Source: Gammaproteobacteria bacterium
GTDB lineage: Bacteria; Pseudomonadota; Gammaproteobacteria; Thiohalobacterales; Thiohalobacteraceae
Direction of reading: 5' to 3'
DNA: 64,000 bases
Assembly (NCBI GenBank): GCA_032907525.1
Contig: JAJJPM010000031.1
Location: 1,478 to 65,477, forward strand
This document shows, in pieces, positions 8,920-19,412 of this stretch (its first letter is position 1; each line of letters starts with the position of its first letter). Both the position numbers and the translations under genes were made by a program. The notes below the pieces were generated by a model, which was not told the origin of the DNA, made no database searches, and worked only from the letters and a program-made list of their open reading frames with translations.

Positions 8920-10479
8920 ATGAACGAAGTCATTACGGATATTTCCGAGGAAGCATCACGCTGGGCACGCGCCAAGGCCTTCTGGACAACCCTGCCCCGC
9001 CGCTTTGTCGAGGATTACCCCCAGTCGTTCCTGGGAGCGGCCATTGCCCTGGCACTGATCGGTTATGCAGTACCTCTCCTGTTTCCCATAGCGACGCTGG
9101 CGCTTGCCTTCGGATTCATTGCCGCGCTTCTGGAGGGCGGGTCGGCCGCCGTCCAGGGGCAATGGGTCACGCTCGGCCTTCTGGCTCTTTGCGCGACACT
9201 CACGGCGTCGCTGTGGCGTCTGCGGGTGGGCGATCCTCCCGGGGAATCGCTGACCGCCGAGCAGACCCCGGCGCTGTTCACGCTGATCGACGAAATCCGT
9301 TCGGCGTTCCAGGCGCCGGTGATCAGTGATATCCACCTGTCGGATGATACCCGACTCACCGTGCATCGGGTGCCGCGCACCGGCTATCCGTTCCTGTTTC
9401 GCCATGTGCTCGTGGCAGGGATGCCCGCCCTCCAATGCCTGACTCTCGATCAGTTCAAGTGTCTTCTGGCGGCGTGCGTGGGCGAATTGTCAGCCGTGCG
9501 CACGGATGTGGCCGGCTGGATCACCCAACTGGCCCGGACCTGGCGCCAATATCGTTCGGCAGTTGCGGGGCGATGGTCGCCGGCAGCCGTGTTGTATCGT
9601 TTGTTCCTGGCTGCTTATGAACCGCTGATGGCCGCCTTGGCCGCACGGCTGGACGGAGCGCACCGGCTCAAGCGCGACCACTATGCGCTCGAGGTTGCGA
9701 GCGATGATCTGGTGGTCGATATGATCGTCGGTGAGGTGATCATGCAGCGCTTCCTGAAGGAGATCTACTGGCCTACGGTCATGGCAGCGGCCGAGCATTC
9801 CGCTACGCCGAATTTCAAGGTGTTTCGCAATCTGGAAGCTGTATTCCGCAAACGTGTCACTCCCGATATCGTCCAGGCGTGGGTGCGGGAAGCCTTCGTC
9901 GGCAAGTGGCGCGATGACGCGGGCGATCCGGGCCTTAAGGCACGGCTGAACGAGATAGGTCATGGCGATGTCCGTTATCATTCTCCGGAATCGGCGGGCG
10001 CGGCCCAGGCGCTGTTCGGTGCGAGCTACCAGTGGATCATCGATCGCTGCGATGCGCGTTGGGCGGAAGAGCACAAGGAAGAATGGCGCAATCGTCATGA
10101 AAAGGCCCAGCGCCAGTACAGTCGCCTCTATACCTTGCGAGAGTCGCTGCAGCGTGGGGGGCTGAGGGGTGATGAGGCCATGGAATACGCCGCCCTGGTC
10201 AAACGCTATGGAACTCCGGAAGAGGCCATGAAGGCGTATGAACGCATCCTGGAGCTCAATCCGGGTGATGCACGCATCAAGTTCGGTGTTGGCAAGTTCA
10301 TGCTGTCACGCAAGGATGTGCGCGGCGTGAAGCTTCTGGAGTCCGCCATGCAGATGGACAAGCGCCTGGTCGATCCGGCCTGTCGGCTGATTTCCGGCTT
10401 CGTGGTCGAGCACAAGATGCAGGATGCCCTGCGCAGCTACGTCTCGGGTAATCCGAAAGATCGGCTCAAAACCGCCTGA
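8920..10479 (+). CDS. Polytopic membrane protein with C-terminal TPR-like repeats, unknown function
   Basis: In-frame ATG inside the 8839..10479 ORF. Hydrophobic helices occupy residues ~35-105. C-terminal segment EEAMKAYERILELNPGDARIKFGVGKFML is TPR-like. No HExxH anywhere. Confidence 0.75.
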   Translation: MNEVITDISEEASRWARAKAFWTTLPRRFVEDYPQSFLGAAIALALIGYAVPLLFPIATLALAFGFIAALLEGGSAAVQGQWVTLGLLALCATLTASLWRLRVGDPPGESLTAEQTPALFTLIDEIRSAFQAPVISDIHLSDDTRLTVHRVPRTGYPFLFRHVLVAGMPALQCLTLDQFKCLLAACVGELSAVRTDVAGWITQLARTWRQYRSAVAGRWSPAAVLYRLFLAAYEPLMAALAARLDGAHRLKRDHYALEVASDDLVVDMIVGEVIMQRFLKEIYWPTVMAAAEHSATPNFKVFRNLEAVFRKRVTPDIVQAWVREAFVGKWRDDAGDPGLKARLNEIGHGDVRYHSPESAGAAQALFGASYQWIIDRCDARWAEEHKEEWRNRHEKAQRQYSRLYTLRESLQRGGLRGDEAMEYAALVKRYGTPEEAMKAYERILELNPGDARIKFGVGKFMLSRKDVRGVKLLESAMQMDKRLVDPACRLISGFVVEHKMQDALRSYVSGNPKDRLKTA

Positions 10480-10538
10480 CGTCGCCCGCGTTTCTCCACT
10501 GTGCGCCCTTCCTCCATGGAGAGACGTGGCGCGGCCGC

Positions 10539-10760
10539 TCAGCTGTCCTGTTCCATCTTGGTGAGCACGACGCTCGGCCGGTCCCCGGTGCGGTAGTATG
10601 TGAACTGCCGGGTCAGCTCGTCGTAGGCCTCGTCCCGTGCTGCCACGCTGTCGTACCAGCGTGTCCATTCCCAGTTGTCCCCTAGCAGGTGCGCGGCTCG
10701 CATCGGATCTCCGGGCGGCAGTTGGCCGCGGATGCCATACCTTTTCATCGTTCGTCCCAT
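10539..10760 (-). CDS. Small conserved hypothetical protein (73 aa)
   Basis: ORF with coding-like composition (MKRYGIRGQLPPGDPMRAAHLLGDNWEWTRWYD...). Divergent from dnaE2. No family recognised. Confidence 0.55.
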   Translation of the reverse strand: MGRTMKRYGIRGQLPPGDPMRAAHLLGDNWEWTRWYDSVAARDEAYDELTRQFTYYRTGDRPSVVLTKMEQDS

Positions 10761-10865
10761 GTTGATGCCAACGGCGGGATGATAGCGGAAATGGCCGTGA
10801 ATGCATTCTGGAAAACAGTGGTGTCACAAGAGCTTGTAGCGAGGGGCTTGTGCGGCGCCTGGATG

Positions 10866-10881
10866 CTGTATAAATATACAG
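10866..10881 (+). promoter_or_regulatory. LexA operator (SOS box) upstream of dnaE2
   Basis: CTGTATAAATATACAG is a perfect CTGT-N8-ACAG palindrome 32 nt upstream of the dnaE2 ATG. Confidence 0.85.
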
Positions 10882-10912
10882 TATCCAGTATCCAGGTGCC
10901 GAGTCTGCAGCC

Positions 10913-13900
10913 ATGTCCGCCCGATCCGCCCCCGGCTACGCCGAATTGCACTGCCTGTCCAATTTCAGCTTCCTGCGCGGCGCCTCTTGGCCGGAGGAAC
11001 TGGTGTCGCGCGCCCGTGAGTTGGGTTATGAATCGCTGGCGATTACCGACGAGTGTTCCGTTGCCGGAGTTGTTCGCGCCCACCGCGTGGCGCGCGAGAG
11101 CGGCCTGAAGCTTATCGTCGGCAGCGAGTTTACCCTGGAAGGCGGCAGGCGCCTGGTATTGCTGGCGCGCGACAGGGAAAGCTATGGCGATCTGGCGCAA
11201 CTCATAACCCTCGGCAGACGCCGGGCGGGAAAGGGCGCATATCGGTTGACGCCCGAAGATATTGCGGAATGGGGGCGGCGCTGTCTGCTGCTGTGGCTGC
11301 CCGATTTCAGGGGCAACACGGACCGGCCGCTTCTCGCAGACAGCGAAACCGTACTTTCGCCCGCAGGGTCATCATGGATTGCCGTCGAACTCCTGCGCGA
11401 TGGCTGGGATCGGGTACGGCTGCAGCGTGCCCAGAACCTGAGTGCGGCGACTGGTTTGCCGCTGGTGGCTGCAGGCGATGTGCATATGCATGTGCGTGGC
11501 CGCCGCGCTCTGCAGGATACGCTCACCGCCATCCGGCTCAATACGCCGCTGCCGCATATCGGCACCGCACTCGCCTCGAATGGCGAACGTCATCTGCGCA
11601 GCCGCGAATCGCTGGCGCGGCTGTATCCTGCGGAGCTGCTTGCGGAAACCCTGCGAGTCGCTGAGAGATGCCGGTTCTCACTGGATGAGCTGCGGTACGA
11701 ATACCCCGATGAGATCATTCCGGCCGGCGAAACGCCCGCTACGTGGCTGCGCAAGCTCGCTGAGGAGGGTATGCGGCGGCGCTGGCCGCATGGGGTATCT
11801 CCAAAAGTGCGCGAGCGTATCGAACACGAACTGGCCCTGATCGCCGATCTGAATTACGAGCCCTATTTCCTGACCGTGCACGATATCGTGCGGTTCGCGC
11901 GTGAGCGCGGAATACTCTGCCAGGGGCGCGGCTCTGCGGCGAATTCGGCAGTATGCTTCTGCCTCGGGATTACCGAGGTCGACCCGGATCGCATCGACAC
12001 GCTGTTCGAGCGCTTCATATCCAGGGAACGCGACGAGCCGCCCGACATCGATGTCGACTTCGAGCACGAGCGCCGCGAGGAAGTCATTCAGTATCTCTAC
12101 ACGAAATACGGTCGCGACCGTACTGCGCTGGCGGCGACCGTGATCACCTACCGGACGCGCAGCGCCATCCGCGATGTGGGCAAGGCACTGGGCCTGGGGC
12201 GGGATCAGGTCGATCGCCTGGCTCATGGCCAGAGCTGGTGGGATGGAGGCTGGGGACGGCCGGATGCCGTGCACAGCGCAGGGGCTGGCGCTGCCGACAC
12301 CGTTGCCCAACGTCTGCGCGAATCGGGCTTCGACCCCGACAATCCCGTGATCAAACGTCTGCGCAGGCTGGTGGGTGAAGTGCGTGGATTTCCGCGACAC
12401 CTCTCCCAGCATGTCGGCGGCTTCGTGATCGCGCGCGGCCTGCTGTCACGGCTGGTGCCGGTAGAGAACGCGGCCATGGCGGAGCGTACCGTCATTCAGT
12501 GGGACAAGGACGATCTCGACGAGCTTGGACTGCTGAAGGTCGATGTGCTGGCACTAGGGATGCTCACGGCCATCCGGCGTTGTTTCGATCTCATCGCCGG
12601 TTGCTCGGGGCATCGCTGGACATTGGCGACATTGCCGTCCGACGATCCGGCGGTCTATCGCATGATCCAGAAGGCCGATACCATCGGTGTGTTCCAGATC
12701 GAGTCGCGCGCCCAGATGGCCATGCTGCCTCGGCTGAGGCCCGCCTGCTTCTACGATCTGGTGATCGAGGTCGCCATCGTCCGGCCTGGACCGATCCAGG
12801 GCGATATGGTCCATCCCTACCTGCGCAGGAGGCAGGGTCTGGAGGCGGTGAGCTATCCCAGTGATGCCGTCCGCGGTGTCGTCGAACGCACGCTCGGCAT
12901 CCCGATTTTTCAGGAACAGGTGATCAAGATCGCGATGGTCGCGGCCGGTTTCAGTGGCGGCGAGGCCGATGCGTTGCGACGCGCCATGGCGGCTTGGCGG
13001 CGGCGTGGTGGGTTGCAACCCTTCGAGCAGCGCCTGATCGATGGCATGCGCGAGCGCGGTTATTCCGAACAGTTCGCCCGGCAGATCTATCAACAGATCC
13101 TGGGGTTCGGCGAATACGGTTTCCCGGAATCCCACGCCGCGAGCTTCGCATTGCTGGTGTATGCCTCGGCCTGGCTGAAATGCCACGAGCCGGCAGCCTT
13201 CACGGCGGCGCTGCTCAACAGCCAGCCCATGGGGTTCTACTCTCCGTCACAGTTGATACAGGATGCACGCCGACACGGCGTCGAGGTACGTCCGGTAGAT
13301 GTGAGCAGCAGTGTCTGGGATTGCTCGCTCGAAGACAATGCGGGGGCGCCGACATTGCGTCTAGGATTGCGGCTGGTCAAGGGCCTGTCCGCTGTGGCGG
13401 CGGAACGCCTGGTTGCTGCGCGCTCTCAGCGGCCGTTCGACGATATCGGTGATCTCGCGCACCGCGCACGGCTTGCTCGCAACGATATGGAAGCGCTGGC
13501 TGCCGCAGGCGCCTTGCGGATACTTGCGGGTCACCGGCACCGTGCCCGCTGGGACTGTGCAGGCGTGGAGACGCCATTGCCGGTGCTGGAGGGCGCGTGC
13601 ATCGCCGAGGCGACGCCACTGCTGTGTGCGCCGACCGAGGCTCAGGATATCGTTGCCGATTATGCCAGCCTTGGCTTGACGCTAAGGCGTCATCCGCTGG
13701 CCTTGTTGCGGGAGCGGCTGGCGGCGCAGGGTATGTTGACGACCCTGGCGCTGCGGGATGCGCCGTCGGGAGTGTGTGTGCGCCTCGCCGGTCTGGTGAC
13801 TTGCAGGCAGCGCCCGGGCAGCGGTGCCGGTGTGGTATTCGTGACCATTGAAGACGAGGCCGGCACCGCCCAGGTGGTCGTGCGGCCTGTGCTCGTAGAG

Positions 13901-14053
13901 CGTTATCGGCGTCCTCTGATCAATGCGCGTCTGCTGGTCGTCACCGGCGAGATTCAGCGCAACGGTGAAGTCCTGCATCTGATCGCACGACGACTGGAAG
14001 ACATGAGCATCCTGCTCGGCAACCTGGAAACCGTATCGCGGGATTTTCATTGA
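10913..14053 (+). CDS. dnaE2: Error-prone DNA polymerase III alpha-like subunit DnaE2
   Basis: 1046 aa. N-terminal PHP domain [17 protein letters not shown], polymerase core, C-terminal OB fold. SOS box upstream. Confidence 0.93.
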   Translation: MSARSAPGYAELHCLSNFSFLRGASWPEELVSRARELGYESLAITDECSVAGVVRAHRVARESGLKLIVGSEFTLEGGRRLVLLARDRESYGDLAQLITLGRRRAGKGAYRLTPEDIAEWGRRCLLLWLPDFRGNTDRPLLADSETVLSPAGSSWIAVELLRDGWDRVRLQRAQNLSAATGLPLVAAGDVHMHVRGRRALQDTLTAIRLNTPLPHIGTALASNGERHLRSRESLARLYPAELLAETLRVAERCRFSLDELRYEYPDEIIPAGETPATWLRKLAEEGMRRRWPHGVSPKVRERIEHELALIADLNYEPYFLTVHDIVRFARERGILCQGRGSAANSAVCFCLGITEVDPDRIDTLFERFISRERDEPPDIDVDFEHERREEVIQYLYTKYGRDRTALAATVITYRTRSAIRDVGKALGLGRDQVDRLAHGQSWWDGGWGRPDAVHSAGAGAADTVAQRLRESGFDPDNPVIKRLRRLVGEVRGFPRHLSQHVGGFVIARGLLSRLVPVENAAMAERTVIQWDKDDLDELGLLKVDVLALGMLTAIRRCFDLIAGCSGHRWTLATLPSDDPAVYRMIQKADTIGVFQIESRAQMAMLPRLRPACFYDLVIEVAIVRPGPIQGDMVHPYLRRRQGLEAVSYPSDAVRGVVERTLGIPIFQEQVIKIAMVAAGFSGGEADALRRAMAAWRRRGGLQPFEQRLIDGMRERGYSEQFARQIYQQILGFGEYGFPESHAASFALLVYASAWLKCHEPAAFTAALLNSQPMGFYSPSQLIQDARRHGVEVRPVDVSSSVWDCSLEDNAGAPTLRLGLRLVKGLSAVAAERLVAARSQRPFDDIGDLAHRARLARNDMEALAAAGALRILAGHRHRARWDCAGVETPLPVLEGACIAEATPLLCAPTEAQDIVADYASLGLTLRRHPLALLRERLAAQGMLTTLALRDAPSGVCVRLAGLVTCRQRPGSGAGVVFVTIEDEAGTAQVVVRPVLVERYRRPLINARLLVVTGEIQRNGEVLHLIARRLEDMSILLGNLETVSRDFH

Positions 14054-14069
14054 GCCGCGATCGGTTCTT

Positions 14070-14954
14070 CTATGCGGGGTGGTGGAGGAACGCCACAGTT
14101 GCGCGAATCACGCCGGCATCGCGCAGGATGCGTGTGTGTCCCAGACCCTTGGTGAGCAGCAGTTCAGATCCTGGCCAGGCCTGATGCAGCTGTTCGGCAT
14201 GTCGACTTGGCACGTCCCTGTCATCGCGGTCGTGGATGATCAGTCCCGGCAGTGTTTTGCCGTTCAGCATCTCCGCGGTGGCCAGCCGCAAGAAGATGTC
14301 CATACCGAAACGGCGTTCGATGCGCATGCGCATTTCAGCGATGACCGGCTCCGGGATGTCCAGCTGCCGGGCGAAGCGCTTCAGCAGGAACTCCGCATGA
14401 GCGGGTGCGGCGATCGCGACCAAGCGCGGTACGGACAATCCCTCCTGCAATGCGCGCGCCAGAGCCGGGACGCCAAAGGAGTGGCCGATCACACCGGCGA
14501 TCGTGCCGCTGGCCGCGGCCACCGCCTGAATGGCACCGGCGAACTCGAAGATATTGGTGCTGGAGCCTGGCGTCCGGCCATGAGCAGGCGCGTCGAAGGC
14601 AACGGCGCGCAGGCCGGCGGCATTCAGGGGAGCAGCGAAGGCACCGAGTTGCAGGCCGCGCCCATTCCAGCCATGTACCAACAGGACGGCCGGTGCCAGG
14701 CTGTCGCCCCACTCGTAGCGTATGAGGGGGCAATCACGCCATGTGACGCAATCCGTCCGCGCGGCGGTGCGCCAAGCCTCCTCGCGGGCCGGCTCCGGGA
14801 AGCGCCGCGTGGAGAACCAGAGCCTGTAAGCCCACCCTCCGAACAATCCCGGCACGATCGGTCCTGCATGGCGGAATGCCCACCGCGTGAGCTGTGTGGC
14901 CAAGGGTTGGCGGGCGCGGGCCATGTCGTCTCCCGGTGCTGTGCGCCGAATCAC
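14070..14954 (-). CDS. Alpha/beta-fold hydrolase
   Basis: 294 aa with oxyanion-hole region LLVHGWNG and nucleophile elbow GHSFG. Confidence 0.8.
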   Translation of the reverse strand: MIRRTAPGDDMARARQPLATQLTRWAFRHAGPIVPGLFGGWAYRLWFSTRRFPEPAREEAWRTAARTDCVTWRDCPLIRYEWGDSLAPAVLLVHGWNGRGLQLGAFAAPLNAAGLRAVAFDAPAHGRTPGSSTNIFEFAGAIQAVAAASGTIAGVIGHSFGVPALARALQEGLSVPRLVAIAAPAHAEFLLKRFARQLDIPEPVIAEMRMRIERRFGMDIFLRLATAEMLNGKTLPGLIIHDRDDRDVPSRHAEQLHQAWPGSELLLTKGLGHTRILRDAGVIRATVAFLHHPA

Positions 14955-15061
14955 ACTGCAGGTTAAAGCGCATTCCCTCCCGAGTCGATAGTTAAGGCAT
15001 TGCCGTGTGGTGCGTTCGGCAACGGGTATGGTTCCATCCTTTCCGTTCGAGAGGGGGTAAT

Positions 15062-15244
15062 ATGAGCCCGATCAGACGTGCTTCCGCATTTGCCCGGGAT
15101 ATGGGCAAGTCATCGTCCAAGGGAAGAGGCGGGGAGGCGGCCCTCCGCCAGGCCATGGCGCGCCGCCGACTCGAGGAACGCCGTGAGGCGCAGATGCTGA
15201 AACAACAGCTGTACGACGTCTTCTCCGACGAAGCCCAGCCCTGA
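15062..15244 (+). CDS. Small basic hypothetical protein (60 aa)
   Basis: In-frame ATG preceded by the strong RBS GAGAGGGGGTAAT. Followed by a perfect 11-bp terminator hairpin. Confidence 0.5.
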   Translation: MSPIRRASAFARDMGKSSSKGRGGEAALRQAMARRRLEERREAQMLKQQLYDVFSDEAQP

Positions 15245-15251
15245 GTTCAGC

Positions 15252-15284
15252 CGGCTGCCCGCGCCTGCGGGCAGCCGTATTCTT
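15252..15284 (+). terminator. Rho-independent terminator between convergent genes
   Basis: CGGCTGCCCGC-GCCT-GCGGGCAGCCG perfect 11-bp stem followed by TATTCTT. Confidence 0.75.
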
Positions 15285-15299
15285 GTTCCTCCATCCCTT

Positions 15300-16037
15300 T
15301 CAACCGATGCGGCCGTGCCCTCGACGGGCCGCTCCGACCAGAAAGAGCAGGCCGGTACCGAATAGCCACAAGGCGGCAGGTACCGGTACCGGCATGATGG
15401 CGCCATACAGTTTGATCTTGGCGCTCGCGCCGTCCCCGACGGTGAGGCTGTTAATGAAAGTCTGACCGCCATCCTCCGACCAGCCGAGAACCGAGAAAAT
15501 GAAGCTGCCGCTTTCGGTCTGGAAGCTGAACTGTGATGTTTCGTTCTCGGGTACGAGCGTCAGCACATCCGCTCCCTTGTTTTTTCGCTCAAGCGATCCG
15601 GATTCCGCAAGGGTGAGGCCAAAGACGAAATCGATCGGTGACAAGGCGCCTTCCAGCGTAAAGGACAAGGCCAGATCGGCGCTGCTGAGGCCGGTGTCGC
15701 CGATGCCCGTGCCATTGTGGAAACGCAGCTTACCCAGGACGAAGGGCTCGGTGAGGCCCGTGTAGCCCTGCTGCCCCTGCCCGGGGACGCTGAAGCCGTC
15801 GAAGGTGATCATGCTGGAACCGGTACAGTTCCGGCACTCACTGAGTTGCCAATCGAGGGCGGAGCGGCCGGACGCCTCATTGGACTGGGCGCGGTAATCA
15901 GTTCCCTCGGTCACCACGATAGCCCCGAACTGGCTGCCGACGAGATAATCCTTGATGCTGGCCGCATGGGCCGTATTCTGGGCCGCGGCTGCGGCTATCA
16001 TCATGCAGAGCCCGGCGAAAAGTTTTGCGAATGTCAT
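15300..16037 (-). CDS. Secreted PEP-CTERM sorting-domain protein
   Basis: Internal ATG gives the signal peptide MTFAKLFAGLCMMIAAAAAQNTAHA. C-terminus VPVPAALWLFGTGLLFLVGAARRGHG is a PEP-CTERM anchor. Confidence 0.82.
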   Translation of the reverse strand: MTFAKLFAGLCMMIAAAAAQNTAHAASIKDYLVGSQFGAIVVTEGTDYRAQSNEASGRSALDWQLSECRNCTGSSMITFDGFSVPGQGQQGYTGLTEPFVLGKLRFHNGTGIGDTGLSSADLALSFTLEGALSPIDFVFGLTLAESGSLERKNKGADVLTLVPENETSQFSFQTESGSFIFSVLGWSEDGGQTFINSLTVGDGASAKIKLYGAIMPVPVPAALWLFGTGLLFLVGAARRGHGRIG

Positions 16038-16450
16038 GAGATGCGCCCATCCTGCTTTGTCGTTGTAGTGCCGGTTTCCGCGCATCCAGCGGATTTGACG
16101 CAATCCTCTCGCGACCGGGGCGGGCAATATTAGCAAAATTAGATGTGTCAAAATACCGTTGCAATTGTAACAATGCATGTCTCTATCTCCATTCGCTCGG
16201 GCCGGGGCGATAGGCGGTGACCCTTGTCCGGGCGCTTAGACGGGAAATATTTGAAATTATTTCAGCATATTGCATACGCTATATCGGGCGATCGGTTGCC
16301 GGCCGCATGGTATCGAATATGGGATGCGCATTCGGCGCTGGCCCGTTATATCGGCTGATTTTGATGTAAGCCTTGGCCTAGAGCGTGTGGCGGCGCATTT
16401 CCGTCATCTCTGTGCAGCCAGGACTGTCGGTCCCGGCTCTTCGAATCTGA

Positions 16451-17551
16451 ATGGGACGTTTCAACATGATCGACAGGATTAGGGTGTGGGCCGGCCGGAT
16501 GGGCGATGCAGTACGGCGCAGCTGGCGGAGCGTGGGGCGCCTTTACCATCCGGCAACGTTGCGTGAGAAGGGAGCGGTGTGGAGCGCGGCATTGCTGGTC
16601 GTCACCCTTTTTCTGATCGACGTGATCGTAGGTGTCTACTGGAGCGCGGAGCCGGACGGCTTCGAGGTCCGCAGCGTTGCGCAGACGCGTGCCGGCGACG
16701 ACGGGGTACGTCTGGTGAAGGGCTACATCTTCACCAGCACGCTCATGCATATCGGCGAGGTGCTCCTCGACAAGCGAGGGGGCTATCTCTCCAATGACGT
16801 GATGCCGCCGGGAGTGTGGCTGGACAACATTCCCAATTGGGAGTTCGGCGCGCTGGTGATGCTGCGTGATGCGGCCGGCGGGCTACGCAACCATCTGTCA
16901 CGGTCGCAGTCGCAGTCGAGGGAGGACCCGGACCTCGCCCGGGCCGAGCCCCAATTCAATTTTCAGAACGATTCCTGGATCCTGCCGGCCACCGAGGGCG
17001 AATACCGCAAGGGCATCGAGGCGCTTGGCCGCTATCTCGTGCGCCTCCAGGACAGTTCGCAACAGAACGCGCAGTTCTACGCCCGCGCCGACAATCTCGC
17101 CCAGTATCTCCATATCGTGGAGAAACGTCTGGGCAGCCTGTCCCAGCGTCTGAGCGCAAGTGTCGGGCAGATCCGCGTGAACACCGATCTCGCTGGCGAT
17201 GCCGCGGCGCGCCAGGCAACAGAGTCGGCCGGGATTCTGGTGGTCAAGACGCCCTGGCGGGAACTCGATGACGTGTTCTATGAGGCGCGTGGGGCTTCGT
17301 GGGCGCTGCTGCACATACTCCGTGCCATCGAGGTCGACTTCGAAGATGTGCTGATTCGGAAGAACGCCCTGATATCCCTCAGGCAGATTATCCGTGAGCT
17401 GGAGGCTACCCAGCAGGCTACCATGAGCCCGGTGATCCTCAATGGCAGCGGCTTCGGACTGTTTGCCAATTACTCGCTGACCATGGCCAACTACATTGCG
17501 CGTGCGGATGCGGCGGTGATTGATCTGCGCGATCTGCTGCAACGCGGTTGA
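16451..17551 (+). CDS. DUF2333-like membrane-anchored protein
   Basis: 366 aa. N-terminal TM helix followed by YWSAEPDGFEV, which I recall as characteristic of DUF2333. The start may be the second ATG (MIDRIRV). Confidence 0.7.
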   Translation: MGRFNMIDRIRVWAGRMGDAVRRSWRSVGRLYHPATLREKGAVWSAALLVVTLFLIDVIVGVYWSAEPDGFEVRSVAQTRAGDDGVRLVKGYIFTSTLMHIGEVLLDKRGGYLSNDVMPPGVWLDNIPNWEFGALVMLRDAAGGLRNHLSRSQSQSREDPDLARAEPQFNFQNDSWILPATEGEYRKGIEALGRYLVRLQDSSQQNAQFYARADNLAQYLHIVEKRLGSLSQRLSASVGQIRVNTDLAGDAAARQATESAGILVVKTPWRELDDVFYEARGASWALLHILRAIEVDFEDVLIRKNALISLRQIIRELEATQQATMSPVILNGSGFGLFANYSLTMANYIARADAAVIDLRDLLQRG

Positions 17552-17560
17552 GGTGGCTTT

Positions 17561-17752
17561 TCAGCGCGGCAGCCACAGTGCCAGGATCAGGCAGATCGTG
17601 GCCAGCAGGATGAAGAACCAGCGGAATCGGCGTATGCGGCCGTGCGGCCGGAGATGCGTCGGCGCCCGGCAATGCGGGCAGCGGTCCGCGCCCAACGGGT
17701 AGGTCTTCCCACAATAAAGGCAAGGCGCCGATTCCTCGGGGCGGTCGGTCAT
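17561..17752 (-). CDS. Small zinc-ribbon membrane protein (63 aa)
   Basis: CLYCGKTYPLGADRCPHC (CxxC-N10-CxxC) followed by the TM helix WFFILLATICLILALW. Confidence 0.55.
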   Translation of the reverse strand: MTDRPEESAPCLYCGKTYPLGADRCPHCRAPTHLRPHGRIRRFRWFFILLATICLILALWLPR

Positions 17753-18153
17753 GGGGGTTATCCTGCTGCAGCGACATGCCCAGTCTAACATCACCGTTTC
17801 CGCGGTTGAGGGTGCCGGCCCCTCCCGGACTGCAATGCGGAGCACAGTCAAATGCGGAATACAGCGGGCGGGGCAGCTGTCGAGTAGCCTGGCGGTGGTG
17901 CTGGATGGCGTGCCGCGGTTGGAATGTCAGCAAGCCAAGCCGTTGCCCGTGACACAGTTGCAGTACCTGGACAGGCTGGATCGCGATATGGGCGCCGGCA
18001 TCGATCTCGGCGGAAGGCGGATCGAATCGCCCAATGCCCCGCAGCGTGCGTGATTCGTGGCGATACAGCTGCTGCGGTCCGTCCAGGACGGCGACGAGTG
18101 CGCCGTTGGTCCGGAATTCGGCTGAGCGGGGGCGGATCGCCCCCGTCCAGTCA

Positions 18154-18342
18154 TCATCGTGTCTTGCAGGTCTTCAGGCCGAACAGGCTGTATGCCGGGC
18201 ACCAGCCGAGCAACGCAGTGGCGACCGGGACGATGCCGATCCAGCCCCAGGGGGTCTGCGGGCCGATGAAGACGATGCTGATGAGGCCCAGCCCTATGAT
18301 CAGCCGGAGTGCGCGGTCGATCCCGCCAACATTGTGTGCCAT
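18154..18342 (-). CDS. DUF2892 (YgaP-like) small inner-membrane protein
   Basis: 62 aa. N-terminus MAHNVGGIDRALRLIIGLGLI and the conserved GWCPAYSLFG motif. Confidence 0.8.
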   Translation of the reverse strand: MAHNVGGIDRALRLIIGLGLISIVFIGPQTPWGWIGIVPVATALLGWCPAYSLFGLKTCKTR

Positions 18343-18417
18343 GGTTTCTGCTCCTTCGGTTTGAACGGCCCTCAGGCTAAGCCAAGGAACGTGCCTGCTT
18401 CAGTGACTCGGTCACCG

Positions 18418-19077
18418 TCAGTCCGTACCGGCCAGATCCTGCAACGCGGCGCGGTCCAGCACTTCGATGCTGGCCCGGCCGAGGCGTACCCAGCCATGGT
18501 CCTCGAAGCGCTTCAGATGGCGTGACACGACCTCTCGGGCCGAGCCCAGTTCCACGGCCAGCTCATGGTGCGTCAGATTGAGGCGGGTGTCGTCACGCGT
18601 CAGGTTGAGTAAGGCTGCGGCCAGGCGGCCATCCACGGGGGCGAAGGCGACCTGCTCCATGCGGGCTATCACCTCCGCGAGACGACGTCCGAGATTGCCG
18701 AACACGAACCGCCGGAAGGCCTCGGACCGGGCCAGGGCGCGGTTGAAGTCGGTGGCCGGGAGGGCTATGGCGGTGACTTCCGTTTCGGCGATGCCGCCGG
18801 CCGGGTAGCGTGTGGCACCCAGCAGACAGGACGTCGTGAGTACGCAGGAGTCGCCGTCGCGGACGTGATAAAGCACGACCTCGCGGCCGCTTTCCGTCAA
18901 CAGCTGCACGCGCACGCTGCCGCGCACCACCAGCAGATAGTTCTGGCACAGTGCGCCAGGCATGAATACCTGGGCATGTGGTGGCAGGTGGATCGTCTGG
19001 GCGCTGGCCAGGATAGGGATGAGCGCAGGGTCCGCCTGCAAGGCGGGAAAATTGTACCAGAGTGATTCCATCGGCAT
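18418..19077 (-). CDS. Crp/Fnr-family transcriptional regulator
   Basis: cNMP-binding-like beta-roll plus C-terminal HTH (THHELAVELGSAREVVSRHLKRFEDHGWV). Start chosen at an internal ATG (MPMESLWY). Confidence 0.8.
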   Translation of the reverse strand: MPMESLWYNFPALQADPALIPILASAQTIHLPPHAQVFMPGALCQNYLLVVRGSVRVQLLTESGREVVLYHVRDGDSCVLTTSCLLGATRYPAGGIAETEVTAIALPATDFNRALARSEAFRRFVFGNLGRRLAEVIARMEQVAFAPVDGRLAAALLNLTRDDTRLNLTHHELAVELGSAREVVSRHLKRFEDHGWVRLGRASIEVLDRAALQDLAGTD

Positions 19078-19412
19078 GGTTTGGGTTCTGGTGGGGCCGC
19101 AACGGTTTCGGATCGGCAAGTATAATGACATCAATCGGGGCGCAGGCCTAACAGGGTACAACATGCGGTAATTCGCCTGCTGGTCGCATGCGAGGAGGAG
19201 GGGTTGCCGTCCGCGTTTCGGCGACGTTAGCCTGAGGGTGGACATCATCGGCGGTCTCGGAACGTGCTGGGGCGTTCCGGGGGTGTTGCAGACGAGATGA
19301 CGGAGCAGGATGTTTACCGCTCGAGGAGAGGCCTGTCTTCCCGGTTATTCCTTTCACCGCCGATCATCGCGGCGCCGCGCGGTGGCGTGACAGCCGGTGC
19401 GGCGATTCGGCC

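Noticed and set aside
16038-16300. Sigma-54 -24/-12 promoters upstream of the other two PEP-CTERM genes (15300..16037 and 31987..32502).
   Set aside because: The best candidates (CGGCACTACAACGACA, and TGGCGTGCGCATGATTATTGCG) have a wrong -12 element or wrong spacing.
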